Shown here piece after piece: positions 1-8,612 of a DNA stretch of 64,000 nt (positions are counted from its first letter, which is position 1; every line of letters starts with the position of its first letter). The position numbers were made by a program, and so were the translations under genes. The DNA comes from a virus. The notes beneath the pieces were generated by a model. The model was given only the letters and a program-made list of their open reading frames with translations, made no database searches and was not told the origin of the DNA. The stretch covers positions 14,469 through 78,468 of IMG/VR virus record IMGVR_UViG_3300025864_000001; one strand, given 5' to 3'.

Positions 1-275
1 ATTCATCGTAAATGCAGGAATAGAAGCAAACCGATTACCTGATGAATTGGTCTGATTTAATAAGTCTTTTTTTAGATTTTTATAATCTGCCTTATAAAGC
101 GGGATACCTTCATGCTCCTGTTCCCATTTTAAAAGCAATTCGTAATATACGAGTGTTCTTGTTTTTTCTCCTCCGGTATCTGAAAATACTGCATAGTCAC
201 ATCTCTCTACCTCACCAAGAGAACTCATGTAATATAATGCTGAACTTTGCACACCAACTCCCAAACTAATTATTT

Positions 276-632
276 TCATTTTGCCTCCTTTGCCTTATCT
301 GCACGTCTCTGATAGTCTAAATTATTAACGCATATCAACTGTCCCTCTACCTCAACAAACTTCACCAATCCCTCTCTTTCAAATTTAGCAAATTTTAGCA
401 TGGTGATGCGTTTGTCTTTTCTGGATGATAGTTTCCATGCAGGATACTCTATTGCACGAGTGAGATTTATTCTCTGCTTGTGGTAGGTGATCACAATGTA
501 GTCTTTCGCAACATCGGTAGCCATAGTGCGTAATGGTAGTGTTTTTGGTGGCTTTGCTGTGGGTTTCGTCCATATCCAGAGTTTAATCCACTTTAAGAAA
601 TTTTTTATTGCCTGTATTATCTGCTTTTTCAT
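276..632 (-). CDS. hypothetical protein
   Basis: 118-aa ORF in the minus-strand gene run; no recognisable motif. Confidence 0.65.
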   Translation of the reverse strand: MKKQIIQAIKNFLKWIKLWIWTKPTAKPPKTLPLRTMATDVAKDYIVITYHKQRINLTRAIEYPAWKLSSRKDKRITMLKFAKFEREGLVKFVEVEGQLICVNNLDYQRRADKAKEAK

Positions 633-642
633 TGTGTCAAAA

Positions 643-1068
643 TTAAGAAATTTTCTTTAATACCTCAAAATCTATAATATCCATAATGCCTTTATTCTCA
701 GGATGTGGATCATGTACTAATCCATTTTTCCAAACTACATAATGATTTATTATATCAACTCCACATGGACTTGACTCATTTCTACCTATAAATCTAGGAC
801 TCTTACCAAGTGCCAACACATAACCATTAGTATCAGGAGAAGATAACATCCCTTCAGTAATACACCTAACTGGATATTGAATGTTTTCCCATCCCATTTC
901 TGCCAGTTTGTTATCCATTTTAAGACAATATTCGCTCCATGATTCTCTAATAATGGGTATCGGCAAGTCTTCAATATCACACTCAATTACCGAAGCAATA
1001 GCAGCCCTCCAACAATCACCGTTTTGTTTCCCCGGTATATGAAAATATTTTTGATAAACTTTTTTCAT
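643..1068 (-). CDS. putative papain-like (Cys-His-Asp) peptidase-fold protein
   Basis: Q..NGDCWRAAIAS ... HYVVW ... HDPHP pattern resembles small phage C39-like proteins. Confidence 0.5.
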   Translation of the reverse strand: MKKVYQKYFHIPGKQNGDCWRAAIASVIECDIEDLPIPIIRESWSEYCLKMDNKLAEMGWENIQYPVRCITEGMLSSPDTNGYVLALGKSPRFIGRNESSPCGVDIINHYVVWKNGLVHDPHPENKGIMDIIDFEVLKKIS

Positions 1069-1069
1069 G

Positions 1070-1185
1070 CTATAAATGGATTAGAGAGGAGATGCCAAAC
1101 CCTCCTAAGTACTCGACAAAGGAGGGCATGCTATGAAAAAAGAAAAGCAGAATTGTGCAATCGGCATTTGCACCCGCCAAAGATA
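1070..1185 (-). ncRNA. structured leader / candidate antisense RNA
   Basis: TATCTTTG box at 1178-1185, hairpins GTGCAA/TTGCAC and CCCTCCT/AGGAGGG, and an anti-start-codon tract CTTTTTTCATAGC. Confidence 0.4.
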
Positions 1186-1212
1186 GTCTATTTTTATTTT
1201 CTGCTTTCATTT

Positions 1213-1461
1213 TTAATATTTTGGTGTATATCCGGTAATTGATAATTCAATGGTTCTGAGTTGAGGCAGGCTACATTTTAAAAACAATATACTATCGGGA
1301 GTGTTAATTGCAAATTCCCCAACATTTCTTTCATTTGTTACAATAAGAGATATTTCATCCCCATCGGCTTCCATTATTTTTTTAGCAAAAGGAATAACGG
1401 GTTCATCTGTTTCAATAAATCCATATTCCAATAATTCTTTTGATGTAATTGATTTGTCCAT
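1213..1461 (-). CDS. hypothetical protein
   Basis: 82-aa ORF, co-oriented, A-rich upstream region. Confidence 0.65.
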   Translation of the reverse strand: MDKSITSKELLEYGFIETDEPVIPFAKKIMEADGDEISLIVTNERNVGEFAINTPDSILFLKCSLPQLRTIELSITGYTPKY

Positions 1462-1484
1462 TGTTTTTTAAGTTAGGTTGGTTA

Positions 1485-1781
1485 TTATTCTTTGCTTTCA
1501 AATTCGCCGGCTAACATCCGTTTATTCCAATCATCTTGGCTTACCTGAACTTCCTTTTCTTTTTTTTCTCTTATCCTTTTTTCTTCGGCAAGAATTTTTG
1601 GGTCAATAGGCTTTTCGGGTGGCACTATTCGTTCTAATTCAGATATGAAGGTGCGATAACAACCTCGCTTAATTGTCAACCGGGATATTTTAGAAACATC
1701 ATGTGCCTCGTCAATGGTAATTTTCAATTCTTCATTAACTGTTTTAAGTCTTCTTTTGTAATCTTCTAATAATTGTCTCAT
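1485..1781 (-). CDS. hypothetical protein
   Basis: 98-aa ORF, co-oriented. Confidence 0.65.
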   Translation of the reverse strand: MRQLLEDYKRRLKTVNEELKITIDEAHDVSKISRLTIKRGCYRTFISELERIVPPEKPIDPKILAEEKRIREKKEKEVQVSQDDWNKRMLAGEFESKE

Positions 1782-1837
1782 GGTTTTTGTTTTTACCTAT
1801 TTTCTTAATTTAAAAAATAAAAAATCATCTTCTTTTG

Positions 1838-1897
1838 CTACTTTACTTTTCTCTACTCTCCTATACTCTACTTTACTATACTCTACTCTACTCTACT
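1838..1897 (-). repeat. degenerate (AGTAG)x12 pentamer tract
   Basis: AGTAG AGTAG AGTAG AGTAT AGTAA AGTAG AGTAT AGGAG AGTAG AGAAA AGTAA AGTAG on the minus strand. Confidence 0.9.
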
Positions 1898-2359
1898 ATG
1901 TGTATTTTCTCCGTCAGAAATGCCATTTATTCCGTCAGAAATGCCATTTATTCCGTATTTCTTCCGGCAATTGACGGAAAGTAGTTGACATATTTGATTA
2001 AAATTCATACATTTTCTATCTCGACGACGGTAAACGTCCGTCAATCCTTTAACAAAATTTAATGACCAAATGATTCTATTTTCCCATAATTCGGGATGAA
2101 TTGCATCAAGGGTTGCGCATGTATTATATATGGCAATTAATTCCTCATCCGTTACCTTCATTAAGGCCGTGAGATATTCCATGTCTTCCGGTTTTCTACA
2201 ATCGAAATAATGATTATCTGTTCGTCCTAATAGTTCAAGGGTTTTAAACCAGACTGTATATCCTTTATGACCATATTTGCTTTCCAAAATGAACATGGTT
2301 TTACCAGATTCACATTGGTGTGAAAAAAAATTCACTACGTTTTTGTCTTTTCGTCCCAT
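1883..2359 (-). CDS. DUF4373/Lin1244-like phage replication initiator (N-terminal wHTH type), C-terminus short or frameshifted
   Basis: MGRKDKNVVNFFSHQC..GKTMFILESKYGHKGYTVWFKTLELLG motif; internal direct repeats; SRVE-type tail; probable start is ATG 2359 rather than 2455. Confidence 0.7.
   Translation of the reverse strand: MGRKDKNVVNFFSHQCESGKTMFILESKYGHKGYTVWFKTLELLGRTDNHYFDCRKPEDMEYLTALMKVTDEELIAIYNTCATLDAIHPELWENRIIWSLNFVKGLTDVYRRRDRKCMNFNQICQLLSVNCRKKYGINGISDGINGISDGENTHSRVE
1910..1956. repeat. 21-bp tandem direct repeat, iteron-like (candidate origin)
   Basis: TCCGTCAGAAATGCCATTTAT x2 plus TCCGT inside the initiator gene, near an AT-rich tract. Confidence 0.6.
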
Positions 2360-2517
2360 TATGCCACGCTTTAAGTAAAAAAAGCCCCCGGACAAAAGAA
2401 AACCATAATTAGGAAGCGTGACCGACCCATTATGGTATCTGATGCCCGGAGGCAATATTTTAATGAAATAACTTTATTGGTTTTCATACGTCACGCTTTA
2501 AATACCCTACAAATATA
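2360..2517 (-). promoter_or_regulatory. promoter plus C4/CI-like attenuator leader upstream of the initiator
   Basis: TATATTTG box 2510-2517; non-nested complementary segments A/A', B/B'; GC stem followed by U7. Confidence 0.55.
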
Positions 2518-2565
2518 TGTTAATTTTTAATATAAAAATAAAAGAAGCAGTCTTTTGGTTAATAA

Positions 2566-2907
2566 TTAACAAATGATTTTATCAATCGTCTGCCCGTCTT
2601 GCATGATGTAAATCATAGCGTGTTGGGCAAACAAAAATCGACCTTCGTTTTCTTCATCAATAAAATTAATGCGAACGAATTGTGTTTTGTCACCGGCAAG
2701 ACAGTCACCTACTGGTTCGCCACTTTTAAAAGACTCATCGTCTGGCGGAAACATCATAAGCAATTCTATTTCCCTTCCCGGTGCTTTGTATTCCTTAACA
2801 AAATCCTGCGTACAGGTATAACCACGCCATTCATACTGCAACCATTTCGCAGCGTAAATGCTGGTTTTCTCGTTTCGATCTCCTTGAATAATTTTAATTG
2901 TCATCAT
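2566..2907 (-). CDS. hypothetical protein
   Basis: 113-aa ORF. Confidence 0.65.
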   Translation of the reverse strand: MMTIKIIQGDRNEKTSIYAAKWLQYEWRGYTCTQDFVKEYKAPGREIELLMMFPPDDESFKSGEPVGDCLAGDKTQFVRINFIDEENEGRFLFAQHAMIYIMQDGQTIDKIIC

Positions 2908-2964
2908 AATTTTTACCTCCTATTTCTAATTTTTACTTCTAATTCTGACTGCTTCTATTATTTC

Positions 2965-3237
2965 TTAAAGCTTACTTGACCAAAGAACCCATCCATATAA
3001 CCATAGCATCTCGGCCAATACACAAACCCACATTAATATATTTTTGTGTCTGCGAAGCATAGGCAATATAATCGAACTTGGTTTATGGTTACTCATTATA
3101 AAGATTATATCCATAGAATCAATGCCTCCTGTTTTGGATGATATCCATTCTTTATGTTGCTCCAAATCAATCATTGTTAATTGTAATCTATTCCGATTTG
3201 GATCATCATCTGGGATAAAGGGAATATTTGTTTCCAT
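2965..3237 (-). CDS. hypothetical membrane protein
   Basis: C-terminal hydrophobic helix; likely start METNIP at 3237. Confidence 0.55.
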   Translation of the reverse strand: METNIPFIPDDDPNRNRLQLTMIDLEQHKEWISSKTGGIDSMDIIFIMSNHKPSSIILPMLRRHKNILMWVCVLAEMLWLYGWVLWSSKL

Positions 3238-3238
3238 A

Positions 3239-4105
3239 TCAGAGGTTATTTTTCTTACAAAAATCATTTATCCGGTAGAACATCTCGGGGGCATCATCAA
3301 GAAGGCGCATCCTCACACGTGCCATATTACCCCTGTCTGTCTTAGTTGTACCCCAATAATGGGTATATTTATGACGGGCATCTTGTCCGGCTTTTACAGC
3401 ATCCTTATTGATGACCTTCACCTCTGGTCTTAACCCGTGTGCTTTTATCAGCGATGCAGCAAAATACTGCTCATGGAATAGATTCTGGTGTATTACGATA
3501 TCGCCATACTTCTTGAAAAACAAGTTTTGGTTCTCCGGTGCAAAGATATACTCCGCACTACATTTTATCCACTCTTTAAAGAACTCCATGTCGTGGCCAC
3601 CACATATGCCACAGTTATAGGCGAAGTCTGTAACTTTATTATCTTTAATTATCTGAGGCTTAACAGGTGCTTTGTCAAAACACGGTCTTAACAAATCATA
3701 GTAATGGTATCCCTTTAAGTGCATTGGCTCATGCGACTGAAAACACAAACGTGCATTTAATATCCGTGGTGGTAATGGGTCAAAGAGAAACACATCATTA
3801 TCGAGATGTACAAACGGCACGGTCTGTTCGTTGTACGCGAGTAACTTACCGTATGCCCAGAAGTATTTGGACACGGATTTCATCTCATTGAGCTTATCGG
3901 AATAGCTTGTTATTGGCAATCCGAGAGGTTTTATAACATCGAGACCCCATTGAGATGAAATAAACTGCACCTCCTTAAAATGACGGGAGGCGCAGAGTAC
4001 TGAGAGTGCTGTAGTGAATAGAAAATCACTATACTTCACGAATCCACATCTATTGCCGAAGGATTCATCTGGATTGAAGTATGAGAATACTGCTTTTTTT
4101 ATCAT
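3239..4105 (-). CDS. DUF6734-like putative GT-A glycosyltransferase
   Basis: FWAYGKLLAY..Q..PFVHLDNDVFL (DxD), YNCGICGG and EQY motifs. Confidence 0.65.
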   Translation of the reverse strand: MIKKAVFSYFNPDESFGNRCGFVKYSDFLFTTALSVLCASRHFKEVQFISSQWGLDVIKPLGLPITSYSDKLNEMKSVSKYFWAYGKLLAYNEQTVPFVHLDNDVFLFDPLPPRILNARLCFQSHEPMHLKGYHYYDLLRPCFDKAPVKPQIIKDNKVTDFAYNCGICGGHDMEFFKEWIKCSAEYIFAPENQNLFFKKYGDIVIHQNLFHEQYFAASLIKAHGLRPEVKVINKDAVKAGQDARHKYTHYWGTTKTDRGNMARVRMRLLDDAPEMFYRINDFCKKNNL

Positions 4106-4126
4106 AGTCTTTGCCGGATTAGATTA

Positions 4127-4369
4127 TTACACCCATCCGTGTCCAATCGCATCACCATAACTGGTGTACGTGGTGGTACCTCCACACAGAACAGCGATAG
4201 CCTCAGCATAACGCCAGTCCCATTCACTCTTACTTACAGCGATGACGCAGTGGTGCATCTGGTGCCACTGAGCTCCTTCTTTCGGTCCATGTGTCGTATG
4301 CGCTGTAACAGTGTTTAAGACACAGACACGGGCTTTCAGGAAAATCCTTGCTTTGACATTGTAAGCCAT
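4127..4369 (-). CDS. small protein ending in a YGDAIG motif, possible virion accessory
   Basis: 80 aa; N-terminus resembles that of the upstream FN3 protein; C-terminus SYGDAIGHGWV. Confidence 0.6.
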   Translation of the reverse strand: MAYNVKARIFLKARVCVLNTVTAHTTHGPKEGAQWHQMHHCVIAVSKSEWDWRYAEAIAVLCGGTTTYTSYGDAIGHGWV

Positions 4370-4411
4370 GATTGCAAATTTTAAGTTAAAAAACTATGAT
4401 TAAGAAAAAAA

Positions 4412-4936
4412 TTACACTGCTAATGTGGTAAATGATTTGACAATACCATACTGGGTCATGTTCGCGCTGGTTACAGTCTTTACCCTGTAATAATACTTGG
4501 TGTTTGCTGTTAATCCTGCAAGCACTGCTGTCACGGGAGATAAAGTTGCAGATGTTAGTGCACTTTCACCGGCGGTGGCACTTGTTCCAAGTTCTTTTGT
4601 GGTGCCATACTCAAAGGTCACAACGGTTGATACGCTATGGGTGTTTGCAGATCCTTTCAGCGTTGCTCCAGTTGCAGTTATTGAACCCGCTTCATTGGTA
4701 ACAGCTACCGCAGGCACATCAAGATCCAGTTCATAGCCATCAGCCAGCACCAATGCTGCATTGGAAAGGCGTGTTTGCAGTTCATCCCAAGGCAACTCTA
4801 TCTCCGGCATGTCGGCAATGATCTTGCCCTGTGTGCCTTGTCTGCCAGGACGGCTACCTGATTTCGTTCTTTCCCCAACTTCTATGGTGAGAACATTTAT
4901 TCTGAGTTTTACTCTAACATCTCTTACGATACTCAT
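4412..4936 (-). CDS. fibronectin type III domain protein, probable virion decoration
   Basis: ITATGATLKG..FEYGTT..LAGLTANTKYYYRV..YG..KSFTT FN3 pattern. Confidence 0.75.
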   Translation of the reverse strand: MSIVRDVRVKLRINVLTIEVGERTKSGSRPGRQGTQGKIIADMPEIELPWDELQTRLSNAALVLADGYELDLDVPAVAVTNEAGSITATGATLKGSANTHSVSTVVTFEYGTTKELGTSATAGESALTSATLSPVTAVLAGLTANTKYYYRVKTVTSANMTQYGIVKSFTTLAV

Positions 4937-4973
4937 TTTACTTACGTATTAAATTAGACATGAATTACAGAGA

Positions 4974-4981
4974 CAAAGTTA
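4974..4981 (-). promoter_or_regulatory. Bacteroidota -7 promoter box
   Basis: TAACTTTG (TAnnTTTG) upstream of the FN3 cassette. Confidence 0.55.
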
Positions 4982-4992
4982 TACAAAATATT

Positions 4993-5625
4993 TTAATCAG
5001 CATCAAAAAGAGTTTTTTGCGTAATGACTTCTTTATTCATTGCACAATTCAAAATGTGTAACCCTAACTCCGGGTTTACACAATTTCTTAAAACCTTATC
5101 CCGCCTGGATGTAAATTTATAACCGGTAATATCAAAACCATGTAATGCCTGCCAGTCAGATATCTTGCCCCTATTAACACAGGCTTCTTTAACGTTGATT
5201 TGTTTGATATGGAAATTTGACCAAAATAAATGCCTTCCGATTTTTATTGAAGGATTTACTAACGGCTCATAAAATGGATTGACATTTTCAACAAGCCAAT
5301 TACCTTTGAAATAATGTTTTAAAAATAGAATCTCTTCATAAAGTTTCATGTCTGGGAAAATAGGCTTATATCGCTTACCACTTACAGAAGCCCAAAACCT
5401 GGCGCGTGAATGAGACGGGCAATTAATTGAGCTCCAAATAAAATCAAACTCCTGATAGTGGTTTAAAAGATATTCGTGCGCATCAGTAATAATTACAATA
5501 TCATTAGGAAAGTGATCTGAATAGAATTTCGCTATACTTGGATTTAATTCAATAGCAGTAACCTCGACATCCTTCCAGAGTTTACGATTACCACCAAGCC
5601 CCGCATAAAGATTTAACGCCTTCAT
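4993..5625 (-). CDS. DNA cytosine-C5 methyltransferase (short phage type)
   Basis: LNLYAGLGG (motif I), SINCPSHS (motif IV variant), VENV (motif VI), LRNCV. Confidence 0.8.
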   Translation of the reverse strand: MKALNLYAGLGGNRKLWKDVEVTAIELNPSIAKFYSDHFPNDIVIITDAHEYLLNHYQEFDFIWSSINCPSHSRARFWASVSGKRYKPIFPDMKLYEEILFLKHYFKGNWLVENVNPFYEPLVNPSIKIGRHLFWSNFHIKQINVKEACVNRGKISDWQALHGFDITGYKFTSRRDKVLRNCVNPELGLHILNCAMNKEVITQKTLFDAD

Positions 5626-6044
5626 TCTTTCTTCCTTAACAGTGCGTACACATCTTTATTTTTACCATCATCAAGAGGCAGTCTGGCAATCCTGAATATA
5701 ACCGAATAGGGTTTCTCCGCATTCACCGGATGAGAGACACATCTCTCCCATGTGGCATCAATTATAAACCGTGCCAGACCGACATTATTAAAAATAGCCC
5801 CGCCTTCAGGTGCTCGTCTCAGTGGCCATCCCTCAATATCTTTGAAGATACCAAAGTCAGATTTAGATTTGGTGTCACGGCAGATGTTCACCGTGGCATA
5901 GACATCTTTCTTCTTGTCGTATAATCCCAGGTGTTTAACCGCTGCCTTGTTAAAGAACACCACGCCTTTGACTGTGAACCGTACCGTAGGTTCTCCACGC
6001 ATGGCATCCATAAAATCCTCTTTGCATAGCTTTTCTATTTCCAT
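5622..6044 (-). CDS. hypothetical protein
   Basis: 140-aa ORF with ATGA overlap to the next gene. Confidence 0.7.
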   Translation of the reverse strand: MEIEKLCKEDFMDAMRGEPTVRFTVKGVVFFNKAAVKHLGLYDKKKDVYATVNICRDTKSKSDFGIFKDIEGWPLRRAPEGGAIFNNVGLARFIIDATWERCVSHPVNAEKPYSVIFRIARLPLDDGKNKDVYALLRKKE

Positions 6045-6049
6045 AGCGA

Positions 6050-6526
6050 TTAGGAAATATAGTGTTTCAGCAGAACATCAATGGCCTCGATCTGGATGCT
6101 TAACCTCTGTTTCTCCTCGAGAAGAAGATCAACCATCTGTCCATTGCTTAGCCGTGGATGTGGTTTTTTTTCTTCAATAGGCATCTCTTTTCTGGGATAA
6201 GTAGCAAGATCATGCAGATTCATACCAGTTTTTAGCGGTTCTGGTATAGTTTCTTGTGTTTTTGGAACAATTTTCTCTGGTTTTTTCTTAACTAACACCC
6301 CATTCTTTTCAGCGTACTTTGTAATTGACAGTCCCGAGTTCACCCATTTCTGAAGCACCTCCCATGCCGCATCAGGACATTTGTTTAGTTTCTCAGGGAC
6401 TACCACACAACTCAGATAAGAAGGATGTATCCCTATCATTGGCCCTGCCATATTTTTAGACAGTAGTTCTTTACCAAGGGCTTCAATAACCCTTTCGCTG
6501 ATTCTTTGTTTTGCAATCTCGTTCAT
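6050..6526 (-). CDS. hypothetical protein, possible HTH
   Basis: LSKNMAGPMIGIHPSYLS resembles a helix-turn-helix. Confidence 0.55.
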   Translation of the reverse strand: MNEIAKQRISERVIEALGKELLSKNMAGPMIGIHPSYLSCVVVPEKLNKCPDAAWEVLQKWVNSGLSITKYAEKNGVLVKKKPEKIVPKTQETIPEPLKTGMNLHDLATYPRKEMPIEEKKPHPRLSNGQMVDLLLEEKQRLSIQIEAIDVLLKHYIS

Positions 6527-6537
6527 AGCCGTAATTA

Positions 6538-6768
6538 TTATTTTAGTAACTCCATTAGTTTTTCTTCAAGCCACTTCACGTAATCTGTGTCAGGTTTATT
6601 AAATATGATTGTACCCCGATTCCCTGCCAGATCAAATTTCTCTGCATCCGACATATCGAGTATCCACTGTCCTTTTGACCGCCACACCTCAAACTCAACT
6701 TCTTCTTCGTCAAAAGCAATATTACTCGTTTCTGCCTTGTATTTCATCTGCAGCTCGAGTCTGTTCAT
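6538..6768 (-). CDS. hypothetical protein
   Basis: 76-aa ORF coupled to the upstream gene. Confidence 0.6.
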   Translation of the reverse strand: MNRLELQMKYKAETSNIAFDEEEVEFEVWRSKGQWILDMSDAEKFDLAGNRGTIIFNKPDTDYVKWLEEKLMELLK

Positions 6769-7019
6769 TTGCCGTCCTCCATATCAGGTAGCAGAACATC
6801 ATCATCTGCGGGTTTCTCTTTTGCACCGAACTCACACCGTTGTCGGCAGAACTCTGAATTGTAATCCGGGCAATCACGATACTTAATCGGTTCCTCACTC
6901 TCACACAACTTTTCATTCGGTGCCACGTTTTCAGAGGACACGTTCTCCACAGTAGGCTGCATTACCGTCAGTTTTGCGCCATAACGTCCTTCCTCTTCTG
7001 CTTTATAACTCTTCTTCAT
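6765..7019 (-). CDS. hypothetical protein
   Basis: 84-aa ORF with a Cys cluster. Confidence 0.55.
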   Translation of the reverse strand: MKKSYKAEEEGRYGAKLTVMQPTVENVSSENVAPNEKLCESEEPIKYRDCPDYNSEFCRQRCEFGAKEKPADDDVLLPDMEDGK

Positions 7020-7037
7020 AGTATTTCAGGTATAAAA

Positions 7038-7367
7038 TTAATATTCAGTACTCTTCTTTATTGTATATCGCTCAATGAACTTCTCCATACCTCCCTTGCC
7101 CTTTCTTACTATGCTCTGCCTTCCTTTCTCTATCGAAGCAGTACTAACCTTCATTATTACCACATCTTCATCATCATAATAGCTAAACCTCTTTCTCGTG
7201 AAGATATCCACTAATACCCCTTCAGAAAGACCCGTACGCTTACTCAGTATCCTCTTATTTGTACAACCACCACACTTAATACTCTTGTCCCCTATCCCTA
7301 ATTTTTTATAATAGTAAACAAACAGTTCTTTCCCCGTTAATCGTATGTCTATCCCCCTTACTCCCAT
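7038..7367 (-). CDS. hypothetical protein
   Basis: 109-aa ORF, first gene of the leftward run. Confidence 0.6.
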   Translation of the reverse strand: MGVRGIDIRLTGKELFVYYYKKLGIGDKSIKCGGCTNKRILSKRTGLSEGVLVDIFTRKRFSYYDDEDVVIMKVSTASIEKGRQSIVRKGKGGMEKFIERYTIKKSTEY

Positions 7368-7743
7368 GTCTTTTTTCTTCTAAAAACTATTCTATGTGAT
7401 ACCAGTAGTTATTTCAAATTACTAATCGGTGTTCTATGTGGTGTAAATTAACAACCTTATTTTGAATCTACCAAATAAAATACCACAATTCTGCACTTTA
7501 CCCTAAGTGTGCGTGTCCTTGCAGTCTATATACATGTTTTCGGTTGGTCGCGTATTTCCAAAATCGAAAACGCGAACCCACCAGCCCCCTTCTGGGACTC
7601 CGGCAACTTTACCGGACCATATAAAGCGCGTTATTGTCTCCTGATCAGCAAATAAAGCGGTTTGTAATACTATTCAATAGGGTAGGGGAGGGCATTACAT
7701 TAGCACAATGCCGATGCCTGTCTGATCAATGCAAATACATTCT

Positions 7744-7771
7744 ATTTGACATAATAATTATTATAGGCTTT
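7744..7771 (-). other. dif-like XerC/D recombination site
   Basis: AAAGCCTATAA-TAATTA-TTATGTCAAAT: 11-6-11 layout, XerD arm 10/11 identical to TTATGTTAAAT, intergenic. Confidence 0.5.
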
Positions 7772-7953
7772 ATATGATAGGGGTCTGCATGCGTGCGTTT
7801 AGCTGTGTGCTGTGCGTTCTGATTGCCTCATTAATTGTGCCTTTGCGTGTGCTTTTATCTGTTTGCATGTTAATTATATGCTTTAATATTATGTAAAATA
7901 GCACAGTAAACGGGCTAAAAGTGTGTAATATTGTGGTTTTAAGTGGCTGACGA

Positions 7954-8571
7954 TTGAATACTCACACAAATAACGGACCAATGGCAGGACAAACGCGACC
8001 AAATGAGGCAAACGACCTGAATAACGGTCATTCTCTTTCTTCTCTTCCTTCCTTACCTGTAAGTCTGAATGGTTTATATCAGGTGTTAAATGATGATATG
8101 AAGAGGCTATTTATTAAGATGTACAATTATTTATGGGGTGTTGTTAATGGTTATTCGGTGCGGTCCTGTGGCGTTGTGTCATATTATTGGCTATTGTCCC
8201 GTGTTGCTGCCTCTTCTTCTCTTGCTCCTTCTTCTCTGGTCCTGCTGTCATATCTTTATATGATGACAAGTAAAGGAACTAAGTTAATACATTCTAATAT
8301 TGTACATAATAGTGGGGTGTTGCCTGGTGCGCTGCCGATTACTGTCCAGCGTGTAACATGGGACCTTAAACATGCCGGATACATTACCAGACATACAAAA
8401 GATCCCGGCCAACCTTACAGCCAAAGGGCACAACATAACAAACAGCCGGTTTATATTCGCCTTACTCCTTTGGGCTTGCGTGTCATTGAAGATATGACAA
8501 AGGACATTAACAAACTATTGCTTAATACTTCGCTTAATGATCTTACAGGGGTGAACATAAAAAAACCCTGA
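7954..8571 (+). CDS. winged-helix (MarR-like) DNA-binding protein
   Basis: LVLLSYLY..TVQRVTWDLKHAGYITR..YIRLTPLG wHTH pattern; start may be ATG 7981. Confidence 0.55.
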   Translation: MNTHTNNGPMAGQTRPNEANDLNNGHSLSSLPSLPVSLNGLYQVLNDDMKRLFIKMYNYLWGVVNGYSVRSCGVVSYYWLLSRVAASSSLAPSSLVLLSYLYMMTSKGTKLIHSNIVHNSGVLPGALPITVQRVTWDLKHAGYITRHTKDPGQPYSQRAQHNKQPVYIRLTPLGLRVIEDMTKDINKLLLNTSLNDLTGVNIKKP

Positions 8572-8594
8572 TAGTATTGATTTATCAGGGTGTT
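8560..8594. terminator. intrinsic terminator between convergent genes
   Basis: CCCTGATA/TATCAGGG stem with a flanking A-run. Confidence 0.65.
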
Positions 8595-8612
8595 AACTCG
8601 TTTAGGCTGCGT

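Noticed and set aside
1838-1885. TAG stop-codon reassignment, suggested by four regularly spaced in-frame TAGs
   Set aside because: Long genes (2619, 936, 826 aa) are intact in the standard code; a 5-bp repeat slip explains the pattern.
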